Shown here piece by piece: positions 34,901 to 47,800 of a stretch of DNA of 64,000 nt; position 1 is the first letter of the stretch; every line of letters starts with the position of its first letter. The DNA is from Lama guanicoe (taxonomy: Eukaryota). The stretch lies in assembly GCA_013239625.1 (NCBI GenBank), contig MU056277.1, positions 2,272,076-2,336,075 on the forward strand, written 5' to 3'. The notes beneath the pieces are model-generated. The model was not told where the DNA came from. It ran no database searches and saw only the letters and a list, made by a program, of their open reading frames with translations. The translations under genes and the position numbers were made by a program.

Positions 34901-35074
34901 TATCTCTACTATTGAAAAGTAACAGCGCTCTCAGCTTAGGAACTTAAGAGCAATGATGTGAAGAGAAAGATGCCCAGGTCCGTGATGTGGAAGGTCCACC
35001 TCCAGAGAAGCCCACCTCACTCCCACGGAGGTAGGGGGAGCTGACAGGTGAGCAGATAGAACACACATGCAACT

Positions 35075-35328
35075 TGTGGTTGCCAAGGGGGCGGGGGGGG
35101 TGTGGTGGGAAGGGACAGGCTGGGATTTCAAACTGTAGAACAGATAAACGAGATTATACTGTGTAGCACAGGGACATATACACAAGATCTTGTGGTAGCT
35201 CACAGCGAAAAAAATGTGACAATGAATATATGTATGTTCAGGTGTAACTGGAAAGTTGTGCTCTACACTGGAAACCGACACGACATTGTAAACTGACTGT
35301 AACTCGATAAAAAAAATTTAAAAAAACC
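35075..35328 (+). mobile_element. L1 3'-terminal fragment with A-rich tail
   Basis: ggttgccaagggg...tactgtgtagcacaggga...aatatatgtatg...acattgtaaactgactgtaactcgataaaaaaaatttaaaaaaa. Confidence 0.8.
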
Positions 35329-35339
35329 ACACACACACA

Positions 35340-35506
35340 TGCGGGGCCGCCAGGATGGGACACACGTGCGCGGACACCGCGTCCGTCCCCGCGCGTCTGC
35401 GATGCGGGGCGGCCAGCGTCCGGCCGCAGGCCCGCCCGGAGCAGCCCTTACGCAGCAGGCGCAGCGCTCTCTCCTCCCGAGGGCTCCTCTCTAGGCTGCT
35501 CGCCCG

Positions 35507-35539
<33 letters not shown>

Positions 35540-36200
35540 CCCTCTCCGCCGGTGCCCCGGCGGCCTGACGCTGCCCCTCCGTCGCGCGCGGGGTTGACTG
35601 CAGCGCGGCCCTCGCGGCGGCGCGGCCCCGCCTGGCCTTCCGCCCGGGCCGGAGGCGGCGGGCCCGGCCCCCGGGCGGCGGGGCGTTCCGCGCGCACGGC
35701 GGCGCGCGTCGCAGGCGGCACCGGAGCCCGGCCTCTGGAGTTCTGGCTCTGGGGCGGGCGCGTGAGGCCGCAGCTGAGGTCGGTCGAGGCCGCGTTCGAG
35801 CACAGGCGCCCGCCCCGAGGGTCGCCGCGTCGGTGCGTGAGCCGCGCACTCCACCCACGGCGCTGCGACCACCGTCAGCGCAAGTGGAAGCCGACAGACA
35901 CTTTCGTCTAAAACTCCCCCCGGCGTGAAGAGGGCGCCTCCTCCCTCTGCGAGAGGACGTCGGACGCGCCGAGAGCCGGGGCAGCTTTGCGCGCGGGGCT
36001 CTGCGGGGCGAGCGCGGCGGGGGTCCGCCCGCGCCCCCCCGTGTGGGTGTCGCGCGGGAGCGGGCCCGCGGGCGCAGCGCCCCCGGGTGGCGGAGGCGCA
36101 GCTTCGCGTCTCCTCCGGATGAGACGCCCGTGCCGGGCGCCGTCCTGGCCGCGCCCCGCCCCCCCGCCCCCTCAGGGAGCACGGCCCGGCCCCTGCGTGT
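35340..36200. promoter_or_regulatory. Orphan CpG island between GRTP1 and ADPRHL1
   Basis: Dense CpG/GC sequence with GC-boxes (ccccgcc at about 35625 and 36155) and no recognised gene start. Boundaries approximate. Confidence 0.7.
35511..35537. repeat. (CAG)9 / (CTG)9 trinucleotide repeat
   Basis: Nine perfect CAG units read directly. Confidence 0.95.
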
Positions 36201-36782
36201 TGAATGATAAATCTGTTTTCTCCGTCTCCACGTTTGTGGAGAGGTTTCTGGGCTGGAAGGAGGTTCGGCTGTCGGTTTCGTTGTTAGGCCGAGGTGCGGG
36301 CCAGGGGACTTCTGGATGGCCACGACGGGAGGCCCGGACTCACGTGCCTGGCGAGCGACGCCGCTACCCAAAGCTCCCCAGAGCGCTGAGCCCGCCTCCT
36401 TCCCCGCGGCAACTGCTGCTCCGGCCTGGCCCCTCCTGACCTCGAGTCCGGCATTTGATCCGACACGTCCACCCAGACACCCGGCGGCGCCTCCAGCCCC
36501 ACTGCATGAGCTGGGCTGAACCGCCTGCTCCTTGGCCGCTCCCGTCCCGTGCTGGGCGCCGCCACCTCGCCTGTCCCCTGCTAGAGACCCGGGGTCACGC
36601 CCGAAACACGCGTGCGAGGTCACAGATGCCGTCAAAGGAACTGAAGTCGCACGAATTGAGGCAAAAGGGAAGGTGACCCTCACTCTTAAGCCGTCTTCCA
36701 GGGGCTCCAACGGGTGAGACTTACATTGTGAGTATTTCTTTCCGGACTTTGTCTCCTTGCAGGACACAGGACAGCAGGCAGG

Positions 36783-36875
36783 CGTGCACACACATGCATT
36801 CACATATACACGCACAGCTGCACACACACGCACGCACATGTGCACGTACTACACACACACGTGAACACACACACT
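36783..36875. repeat. Degenerate (CA)n repeat
   Basis: Read directly. Confidence 0.85.
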
Positions 36876-37149
36876 CGTTAACGGGCTCCCCTTCTCCCTG
36901 TGTCTGCACCTCCCTGCTCTGCCCCCACCATCTCACACGGACCAGCTCCTTTGCTGAGTGTGGCCCAGCCAAGGCCTGACCTCACACCCAAGCCTCTGAC
37001 TCCAGTGACCGATTCCAGCCCGGGGATCGCATTCACCTGGTCCAGTCAATGGGGGTCAGGGTGCACGGCTGTGTCCTCAACCGGCAGTGGAGGGGCAGCA
37101 GTTCCAGAGAGGAGGGGACACACGTCTGTGATGCAGTCCTCGCAGATAC

Positions 37150-37250
37150 TCCACAAACCTCATCCCACAGGCCATGAAACTGAGGCCTAAAGAGGTTCGG
37201 CAATCTGGCCCAAGTCAAGGGAAGGAAGTCCCAAGGTCACGCAGCAAGTC
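37150..37250. mobile_element. MIR core fragment
   Basis: atgaaactgaggcctaaagaggtt...cccaaggtcacgcagc matches the MIR core (gaaactgaggc...cccaaggtcacacagc). Confidence 0.6.
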
Positions 37251-37295
37251 CCAAGGTCAGACTAAGTCCCAAGGTCAGACTTAGTCCCAAGGCCA
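37226..37295. repeat. Tandem repeat, 18-20 bp unit (aagtcccaaggtcagact), about 4 copies
   Basis: agtcccaagg recurs four times with 20/18/18-bp spacing. Confidence 0.9.
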
Positions 37296-40200
37296 AAGCG
37301 TGCAAGCCCCAAGGGAGGCGTTGGCCAGTCGGCCTGACTGCCCAGCCCTGTGTCCCCACCGAGCTGAGCTCCCGCTGGCCCAGCGCCCCTGAGAGGGGAG
37401 CATCGTGCCGGACATCAGCGCTGGAAGTGCCCTGGTGAGCCTGTGGCTCTGACACCTCTGTCCCCCCCAAACACCTCTCAGCTCATCTTGGGGCCATAAA
37501 ATACTTGAAGCACAAAGACCCAGAATACGTTAATCTGCTAAATGGCCCCTTTCCTCTCAAGATTAAACAATTAGTTATGAAGTATTCCAGGCCCTTGGGA
37601 AGGTGCCCAGGAGATACCCCACCTGCTTTCCTGATGGCGCTGGCGCAGCCCCGGGCTGGCTCACTGCGCCTGCACCAGGTGAGAATGAAAGTCACTCTGC
37701 TGATGGCAGCAAGTTGACGCAGAATGACGTCACTCGTGGCTGTTGAGGTGTGAGCCCCAGCTGGCAAATCTCACAGCAGCAGTTCTGAGAACGTGGACCT
37801 GTGCCGGTCAAGGGACCGAGCACGCACTGCAGACCACAGCCTTGCCCACGCGGGAAAGGGAGACTCCTTGGCTTGAGACGGTGGCTCCCTCCTCCCCGTC
37901 CTGGAAGGGCCCCGCCTCCACAGGCGGCAGTTTGTCCGGATCTGTGACCCTCTGCCTCCATGTGGGCACCTTCCACAGCCCCCTGTGCAGACGGTCCCTG
38001 ACTCCCCCCTTTCTGAGTTCACAGTTGTGCAGAGGCAGTCGCATTCTGGAGGAGCCATACCTGGGTTGAGTTTTCCAGCTTCTTCCAGGCAGGGCTGTGG
38101 TGTGCAGTCCAGTCCTGCCCGGGGTGCCGGGCAGTGCCGGGCACAGTCACGAGAGTGACCAGCTGACACGTGCACACCCTCCTGGACCCAGACCGGCATC
38201 TGTTCTTCACTTGCATAGCGATTCAATCAGCTACCATACGTCCACGCCGATTACAAACAGGTTTTGTGTTAAATAACTTTGCCCTCCCCGCACAGCTGAG
38301 CCAAGCCCACCCTCACTGGCACCTCCGTCCCTCTGTGGACGCTTTCCTCCCGGCCAGCCAGCCGACCGCAGGCTCCCTTGGTCGTGGGGAGGCGTCCATA
38401 CCCACCCTTGCCCTGTGGATGGTGGCTCGGTGTGTGGTGATCCTCTGTCTGGACTTTGAGGCCCGGTGAGGCTGGCCGAGTATCCCTGGTTCCCATGCTC
38501 TCCTCACAGACAAGAGGTCAGGATGAGGGGGTTACGTCCCTGCAGGCAGAGCGACCCTGTAACCGGCTCAGGCCGGGCAGAGGAGGGCTGTTCCCGCGGG
38601 GGTTGCAGTCAGTCAGCTCAGTGTGCAGACCAGTGCTGGGGGCTTTCGTCCTCCACGGGGTCCTGCCCCAGAGGACAGCTGCCAGGTAGAGGGAGGGAGG
38701 CCCCGCTGCTGCCCGTGTGATGGGCGTGGCCACATGGAGCTGGCAGTGCTGAAGGCACAGTGCCCATCCAGTGCCCACACGACCCCACCAGACAGGAGCG
38801 ACGGTGCTCACTGGGGGTGGAGACAGCTGAGGCCCCGGCAGACCCCCAGCTCCCCGTGCCTGCGCAGGTGCACAGTTAAGGACCCTCCCTGGGCGCCAGC
38901 AGTCCTGGTTCAGAGGCCCATGGGGGCCCAACTGCAGCTGTGGGGAGACTTGGAGGCGATGAGCGGTGGAGTGGTGGGCACCAGGCTCGCACAGGCTTCG
39001 CCCCACGGGCCACACTCCCTCTGCCTGGGCTCCCACACCCCAGGGGCAGGTCCCAGGGCCCAAGTTCCCAGGCCTGCAGTGCATTCTGGTGGCCCTGGTG
39101 ATGCCGACCGTCACTCCTGGAACTAAGAGTGAGCCTGCACCCCTACAAGCATGGGCTCAGGCTGGCCCCCAAGTCCAGCTGGACCTGCCCGTCCCCTGTG
39201 ACGGCTCTGTCACGGACGCCACTCGGCAACCCCGGCCACGCAACTCAGGAGGGGAAAGCGAGGCTGGACATTTGGGAACTTGGGCCGGGTCACCAGGACG
39301 TGAGCACAGCAGCTCCCACCTGTGTCCCCGCTGGAAACGGTTGGAAGCGTCTCAGATGCGTATAGATGAACTTAGGAAACAGGGACATGTACTGATTAAT
39401 GTTTTGCTGACAGAGGAAAACCTGTGGGCTCTTCATCCCTTCAGAGGAAAAGCCCTGGTGCTCTCACAGCTGAAGGCGAGCTCACAAACCCAGTGTCCAG
39501 GGGCTCCTGCCGCGCTGGCCGGTCCTCAGAGGCCATGATGTCAGCTCCTCCCGGAGCGCTTCCCCAGCAGGAGGGGGGGCGCAGTGGCCCTGTCTCCTGG
39601 GGCTCGGGACTTTCAGGACCAGGTCAGGAGGGAGGAGCCTGGACGCCCCAACCCCGCAGAAGGCCCGCGCCGTCCCCCAGTGCTCAGAGCCCAGGGCCCT
39701 GCTCCAGGCACAGCAGGTTCCCTGGGCGTCCTGCAGGGGTGGAGGCTGGGAGCAGCTGTGCCCTGCCTCCTGCGGTGCCCCCGCCCCTCCCGTGCGGTGA
39801 CCCTGTGTCTCCAGAGGTGTCCAGCTGGCGCCGGCCTGGCCCGGTCCTGGGAGGGACGTCTTCCCTCCCCCGAGGTCTCTCCTCCCAGGCCTCTGGCTGC
39901 ACCTCCCCAGCCACAAGGCTGAGCCAAGGAAGATGTATGTGATGAGAAATACACTTTATTTCCTTTTTGAAATTATTTCCAGCTGAATAAAGATAGTAAA
40001 AACTCAAAGGAGAGAACAGAGCAAAACGTGTTTAGTAGATTTTGTCTAACGAATCCGTTTTAGAGTTGTTTACACACGAAGGAGGACAAAGCGAGGAACC
40101 CTGAATAACAGCTCTGGGTTAAGACATAATCCCACACCTGGAAACCGTGATTCAGATGGCAAAGGTGCCCTCATTGCAAACCTGAGACGGGATGCTGAAT

Positions 40201-41974
40201 TTCTGACCTTCTGAACGACCCCGTCCCCGACGGAGCATCTGAAACTCAGCTTGCTCCCGTGCTCCTCCGTCGACCACATTTCCTCCGTGCGCCTCCCGCA
40301 CGGCGCCCACGTGTGGCTCACGCGCGGGTCCGCAAGCAGGAGCAGGAGCCGTGCAGCAGCGAAGTCAGCTGCCAGCCGACAGCTACTCGAGTATGCAGAA
40401 GTCAGCGTCAACTAAAACACTGATGAAAACAGCCTCTTTTTTTCCCCGGTGGGTTTTGTTTTATTTAAAACGCGTGCTGTCCACCAGCCCCGACCCAGGA
40501 GAGCTGATGGGTCTTTCTTTTGTACAGAAGACAGTCCCACCCGCAGTGTAAACGCTTCCTCCCACGGTTCTCCTCTGAATTTACGGACCAGGGTAACGTG
40601 ACACCCACTGACTGCAGTTAAACCCTCAGGAAAAGTCACTCTCAGTCCTCTTTTGTGGACACGCCGGGCATCGGTGAGTGGGGGCAGTGTAACCTGCAGC
40701 CGCTTTACAGAATCCAGAGCGAGGCCCCTGGGGTCCAGGCTTGCGCTGCACCCACCAGGCGTCGGGGGACACAGGGTGGAGCTTCTCTGAGGCAGCAATC
40801 GGGGAGATTCTGATCATTTTTCCACCCCTTGAAGTGATACCACTGGGCACATTCTCCAGCGGACATGCTGGTCTATTTAAAATAGCAACAAAACCCTCCT
40901 GCGTCTTATTTTAAAACGGGAACACCCAGTGAATATGATATTTTTATCTCCTCCGTTTGCTATCATGTTCTTTGCCAAACACTGTCTCAAATCCTTTGTG
41001 GAGCAAAGTACAGATATAGAGAGAATAAACAGGATGGTGCCAGCAGGTGCGGTAACGGGGCATCCCCTTCCCAGCTGCGGCCAAGATGCCTGGGCTGAGT
41101 GGGTGCCATCGCGGGGCCTCTGCTGGGACCCCACCCCCACGTGTCTGCCTGCTCAGTTCTGCAGCCCCAGGGGGCCAACCCCAGGTCTGGGGCAGGCTTT
41201 CCAAGACTCCTGGGGCTGGGGCACCGGGACCCCTGCGGCCACACACTCTGACCCCATCCTCCCAGGAGGCGGACCAGCCCTGGAGCTAGCGACCTCAGTC
41301 CGGTCCACAACCGGCTCCCACTAGGGTAAGAGTGAAGCACAGCAGGTGCAGCCCCCTCCCCAGATCCACCCCAGAAGTGGGGGTCCTCATCCAGGTGCCC
41401 AGACCCCAGCCGGGCAGCACTATGCATCAGGTAACTGTCACAATCAACTCACCCAGCAGACACGTGTGCTGGGCCCCAAGTGCTGCTCTGCAGGGGGCCC
41501 GCACACCCACACCGGCAGGGGTGACCCAGGAGGCCTGGCACGTCCCATGAGCTCCCAGGGACCCAAAGATTCACCTGGCCATGGCATTAAGAAGTTTCCT
41601 ATCTGCTAGATTTTGAGTTAAGTGCCTGGGTGGAGAGGGCAGGGAGGCAAGAAGTGAGCCCCAGCCTCGACAAAGCTCAGATGGTGATCAGGGACCTCGC
41701 ACCCTGCCGGCCAGCTCAGTGCCACCTCAGCCACCATGCACGTCTGTCCCGTCGGCCGGCCTGTCCTGGAAGGGGAGCTGACGGGCCTGGTTCTCACGCA
41801 GCACAGTCAGGTCCCTCCTCTCTCCAGGAGAACAGTCAAGTTGGAAAGAAAAGGCGGTCCCAGCCCATGTGAAGGCCCCTGCTCCAGGACGAGAGAGCCA
41901 GGCCAGCTGACGTCAAGGGATCCTCACTAACAACCCGCTCTTGGAAGAAGAGATTAAGGATGCACTCGCCCTCG

Positions 41975-43707
41975 CATCAGAAGGAATAACCCAGAGGAAC
42001 AAACCTACCTGAGGAGGCAGAAGCCCTGTACTCAGACAACTAAAAGACACCCATGACAGAAACTGAAGACGAAGCAAACAGGTGGAAAGGTAAACTGTGT
42101 TCTTGGATGGGAAGAACCAATATTGTTACAACGACCATGCCACCCAAGGCAGCCTGCAGATCCCTATCAAAGTGCCAATCACATTTTTCACAGAACTAGA
42201 ACAAAAGCTTTAGAATTTGTATGGAAACACCAAAGACCTTGAATAGCCAAAACAATCTGGAGAAAAAGAACAGAGCTGGAGGAATCATGCTCCCTGACTG
42301 CTGACAATACTGCAGAGCTACAGCAATCAAAGCAGTGTGGTACTGGCACAGAAACAGACCCACGGGCCAACGGAACAGGACAGAGAGCCCAGAAATGAAC
42401 CCACACACTTACGGTCAATCATCTACAACAAAAGAGGCAAGAATATACAGGGGAGAAAAGACAGTCCCTTCAGTAAGCGGCGCTGGGGAACCTGGGCAGC
42501 TACAGTTAAAGACTGATGATGGAACGTTCTCTAACATCAGGACAAAAATAAACTCAAAATGGATTAAAGACCTAAATGCAAGACCAGGTGCTATAAAACT
42601 CCTACAGGAAAACACAGGCAGAACACTCCGTGACGTAAGTCGCAGCTGTATCTTTTGGATCTGTCTGCTAGAGTAAAGGAAATAAAAGCAAAAGTAAACA
42701 AATGGGACCTAATTAAACTGAAAAGCTTTGGACAGCCAAGAAAACCATAAACAAAATGAAAAGGCAGCCTGCAGACTGGGAGAAGAGCTCTACTTACAAA
42801 TGATGTGGCTGATGAGGGGTTAACATCCAGCATCCATGAACAGCTCATGTGAGCCAACGTCAAAACAAACCTGGTTGAAAAATGGACAGAAGACCTGAGC
42901 AGACATTTTTCCCAAGAGGACATGCAGACGGCCAGCAGGACAGGCACATGAAAAGGCGCTCAACATCACTAATCATCAGGGAAACGCAAATCAGGATCAC
43001 AGTGAGACACCACCGCGCACCTGCCAGGATGGCTGCCATACGCAGAACACAAATAACAAATGTTTGTGAGGGCGTGGAGGACAGGGAGCGCCCTGCACTG
43101 CTGGTGGGAATGTAAACTGGTGCAGCCGCTCTGGAGAACAGTGTGGAGACTCCTTAAAAGACTAAAACTAGAACTAGCATGTGATCCAGCAATCCCACTC
43201 CTGGGTATTTATCCAAAGAAGAGAAAAACACTAATTCGAAAAGATACACGCACCCCACCGATCATGGCAGCACTATTTGCCACAGCCAAGTCATGGAAGC
43301 GGCCTAAGTGTCCATCAGCAGAAGACTGGATAAAGCGGATGTGGCGTGTATGCACCGTGGAATACTACTCAGCCATAAAAAGAATGAAATCTTGCCATTT
43401 GCAGCAACATGGGAGGACTTGGAGGGCATTCTGCTAAGTGAAGTAAGTTGGACAGAGAAATATTTGTATGATATCACTTACATGTGGAATCTAGAAAATA
43501 CAACAAACTGGTGAATATAACAAAAAAGAAGCAGGCTCACAGACACAGAGAGCACACGAGTGGTGAGCAGGGTCGGGAGGGGCACAAACTGTCAGGTGTA
43601 AGACAGGCTCGAGGATGGGCTGTGCACACTGCGAACGGAGCCGATGTTCTGTAACAACTGTAAGTGGAAAGTAACCTTTAAAAAGTGCATTAAAGTTTAA
43701 AAAAAGA
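41975..43707 (+). mobile_element. 5'-truncated L1: degenerate ORF2 C-terminal part plus 3' UTR
   Basis: Broken ORFs give L1 ORF2 motifs (WYWHRNR...[40 protein letters not shown]...[18 protein letters not shown]). A-rich 3' end near 43700. Confidence 0.93.
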
Positions 43708-43960
43708 GAAGTCCTCACAGAGCAGAACCCACTTTCTGCAAGAGGCGTCACCACAGGCAGAGAGCCGGGCAGGGGTGGGGGTCCCACTGGGCTCGTCCCG
43801 GGGCCCTGGCCGCTGGGACTGAGCCCCTTCACGGCTGCCCTGTGACTAAGGTGGAAATGCACGGGAGCCGTGACCCGGCATCTGCTTTAGGAACAAGGCA
43901 GGGCACAAGCTTGGAGAACAAAGTGAAAAATCACCTCCAGGCAGCACGCTTACGGAGACT

Positions 43961-43966
43961 TTTATT
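43961..43966 (-). terminator. ADPRHL1: Probable polyadenylation signal of the long ADPRHL1 isoform
   Basis: AATAAA on -, about 850 nt after the exon-8 stop, with a downstream U-rich tract (gtgatttttcactttgttct). Confidence 0.65.
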
Positions 43967-44809
43967 TCCTTCCTTAGACTTCTACAACATGCGAGCATTC
44001 CAGACTGAAAGTGCATTGTCCTTAGTGGCCGAGGACGCAGTGTGTGGCGTCTAGGGCAGTGGCCGGGGACCGGCGTGCTTCGTGGGAAAGCAGCTTTCCC
44101 GGCACCCGGGCGCCGCCATCCAGGGTCCCCATGGGCCTCAGGGAGGCTGCTGTGGTGACAGTGACAGACCAGTACTGGGCGATGTTTCACTTTCCGCCCC
44201 ACAGTCTCTGAACAACAGCGTCCTTGGACTTGGGAGCCTGAAAACGGCGCTAACGGCCACTGTCGTCCTTCCTGGGCCGTCGGCTCCCTCCAGGCTGGGC
44301 CCAGGAGCTGGCCTTCCTGAGCAGGACTGGAGGGGCCAGACCCGCATCCCGGTGTCTCCTTGACCGTCTCGTGGCCGGCAGGGTCAAGGTCACAGGCCAC
44401 CCAGGAGTCAAACTACGTCAAACTGAAGCCCTTTGTCTTCTTCCAGGACCGGAGGGGGACACTCACTGTCCCCACCGAGTCTGAGCTAGGATGGGCCACA
44501 TAGGCGCCTGCCAGCTGGGGACCCCACAAGGGGCAGAGAGCCCTCAAAGCTGAAGCCCGAGCCCCCAGGAGGGGACACACAGACCCACTCCAAGCTCCGC
44601 ACCAAAGGGTGAAGCCTAGAAACACCTGCTCTGCACAGAGACAAGCGGGACCTGAACGCCCCTGGTGAAGACGCCAGCTCAGGCAGGGTGTTGCCAGCAC
44701 GGCCACAGTGGCAGGCCACGAGGCTCACGTCCTCCCAGGGCCACCACAGACAGAGCGACTCTGCTGGCCCTACTGCGCTCAGAGCAAGGCTGCTGGTTCC
44801 CGCGGGGAC

Positions 44810-47800
44810 TCACTTGGGAAGTGTGAACGTGTCATTGGCCCTGAGAGTCATTGGTCTGAAGGACAGATCAAAGGACTTCTGGTCGCTGAAGCTCTGGGCT
44901 CTGTACTTGGCCAGGTGGGCTGCCCTCCCGCCAGGTCCGCGTCCCAGTGAGCCTCTCCCAGCCCTGTGGGTGTCCGGAGACCTCTCCTGGGCTGGGGCAC
45001 CAGGCACGTGGCAGCCCCCCAGCGGGGATGTGGGCACTGCGGGGCCTTGTGCTGGCCGGGGACCGGGGGCTGTCTGGCTCTCCCCTGCCCGGCATGGTGC
45101 TCCAGGCCCCCCATGGCTACCCCTGGGGTCCGGTCTCCCGGCTGCCACACTTCTGCTCACGATGGGCACCACCTCCGCTGAGCTGCCTGTGGGCCGTGCC
45201 AAGCCGGGGGGCACCACCCTGCCAGCCGGGGCCTGTGTCCGGCGCATCGGGCTCTCTGCAGGGGAAGGAGCTTGGTTCCCGGCTGCCTGGGCTCTGGGTC
45301 CCCAAGGGAGGCCCTCTGCACGCCTTGCCCCCTGCCCCAGTGGGTGCTCTGGGCCTCTCCCAGTGTGCGGGCCGGGAGCCTCCTCTGTCGGGGCCACCGT
45401 GTCATCCCCCGCAGCCTCGTCCCGGGGCCAGCTCGCGGCCTCAGCCCCATTCGAGCTGGCCTTCTCACTTAAACAGGCTTCTCCCTTCTTTCCAGGACCC
45501 TTCAGACTCACAGGGCCCCCCTCCTCTTGCCCACGGAGACTTTCTCTACTGCCCAGGCCAGCCCATGGTCGCTGCTTCTCCCCAGCCACGACTTGCCCGG
45601 GCGCCTGGAGGTTGGCGTCCTTCCAGGCCGCCCTGTCTGCCCCCTGCCCTTCTGCTGCTGTCGCCCCCCAGGGAGGCTGGTGGGAAAGCCCAGCGCCTGC
45701 AGGAAGCTGCTCTCTGGACCAGAGGAGCGCCCTGCCTGTGGCTGGCTGGCTGTCCGAAGGCAGTGGCCTGGTGCCCAAGGTGTGGCTCAAAGCCCCCTCC
45801 TTGTGGCCTCCCTGTGGCACCAGGCTGCCTGGCGCAGGAGTCCAGGGCTCTGGGCTGTTCCCCTGATGGCTCCACTGCACAGCACCTGCGTTTCTGCTTC
45901 CAGCCGCCACCTCCATTTTGCCTGTGGCTGGTTTATGGGAAGCAGCCTCCTTGGGCGTGACCAGTGGGAGTGGGGTGCTGGCAGCCTCCTGCAGGGGAGT
46001 GGGCAGGGACCTCGAAGGCTGGGGAGTGGGCTCCTGCACCACTAGACCGGGGCCTGTGGGCAGCACAGGGCTGCCTCCCTCCTGCCAGGGGGCCGACTCT
46101 TCTGCCACCCTGTTTCCTGGGCTCAGGGCATTACCTGTCGCTGAAGCCGGGGGACTCCTGGAGGCCCCCGCAGCCGTCACCCGCCCGGGCGCTCTGAAGC
46201 TTGGTTTTAGTTGTTCATTTGAGAATGTCGCTCTGTTCTGGCCACGATTGTGGCTGGTGCTGCCTCCAGCCCTGGCTGAGGGCCAGGTCAACTCTGGTGA
46301 CCACAGGGTCCCGCTGCGTCCTTCTCGCTCACATAGGGGGCTCTTGTCCATAGAGATCAGGCTCTCAGGCCCTGTCCCGTCCTCGGCCAGTCCCGTCCCT
46401 GGCCATCTGGGGACGTCGGTCTTGCTCCTCCCTTTGGGAGCTGGTGCTGGCTGACTGCTGAGGGCACAGCTGGCCGGTCCTCCCCGAGGGTCTTCCAAGG
46501 CCGCGGAATGATGTGGCGAGGGGCCGAGGTCGCCCACCGGCCTTTCCCCAGACTGTGGCCAACGCAGCTCGGAACTGGGCTCAGAAGCGCCTTCCCCTGA
46601 GCTGCCCTTGTGCTCCTGGAGCTTGTGTGAAGCCTCGGGGCTGCGTCTGGCTGCTTTTCCTGCAGGAAAGCTTGTCTGTGGCTTCATCAGGGGAAGAGCC
46701 GTGGGGACATCGGGATGCTTGCGGAGAGCACCCCGCGGAGGCGCGAGTGCGGGGCCAGCCCCTGTCTGGGCCGTGGTGCGAGGCAGGGCTCCCGCGTTCC
46801 CAGTCTCGCCCTCTCCCCCCTGAAGACTCCTGCCTTGGTTTTGCCGGTCTTCACGGCCTGGTGCCTGGTGCTGGGTGGTGGGAAGGGGCGGCACCGTGTG
46901 CACGACCGGGGGCCTGACCGTGACCTGCGGCCGCTCCACGGCCGGCTGTGTGCGCCGTGTGGCCTGGGCTGTGGGTGCGTCCAGTGGTGGGATTTGTCCG
47001 GGTGCTTTCTGTTCTGGGAGGCTCTCCTGGACGGCAAAGAGGGGGTCTCGCTCTGAGCCTGCAGTCGCTTCTGATTCATCCTCCGAACTGCAGATGGTCA
47101 GGGTGACTTTGGGGGCAGCCCCTTCTTCCCGGCCTGCGAGCTCCATCCCTGGGGCGGCCCCCGTCCTGTCGCCCCCGGCTGCCCCGGCGCATCCTGGGCT
47201 GGCTGGTCCAAGTGAGGACGCCATGGGCTCATGGCGGGGAAGGGCTTCGCCCCTGGAGGAGGCAGGAGAGGGGACCGTCTCCAGGCTGTCCCTGGGAGTG
47301 GCCACCCAGGGCATGGAGGGCTGCGGGGGCTGCCCCCACCCTGGTGCTCTGCTCTCGTTGGGGGCCATCTCCCTCACACAGGAGGACGGGCCTGCTTCTC
47401 TGGGCGCGTGGCCCAGGCCTGCCGAGTGGCTGACCTTGGCGCAGTGGGCCAGCCAGGCCCGGGGGCTGCAGACCACGGTGGCGAGGCAGAAGGGCAGCAC
47501 AGGCTCGGCTGAGCAGGCCAGGAAGCGGGCGGGGGGTGTGCGGATGCAGGTGCTGGCCACGGTGGCCGTGCGGAGCACGCGGGTCTCGGGCCGGCGCAGC
47601 CTCTTCCGCGGCAGGCTCTTCTTCTTCCGGTCCTCCACGCGGACGGGCAGCACCCGGGCCTCCGCGCACAGGCAGCCGCTCTGCTCGAACTTCTCCCGCA
47701 GCCCGGCCAGGACGGAGCTCCGCTTGCCCCCCGTCTTTGGCAGGGGGCCCCTGGCAGCTCTGGGAGGCTCCGTGGGAGGACTCCCCTCGGCCTCCTTCTT

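Noticed and set aside
35448-36845. 465-aa - strand ORF
   Set aside because: Begins in a (CA)n microsatellite and crosses a stop-poor CpG island. Only its poly-Leu end is of interest, reported separately.
42335-43437. ORFs with reverse-transcriptase-element-like peptides
   Set aside because: Frameshifted L1 ORF2 fragments, neither a functional gene nor an active element.
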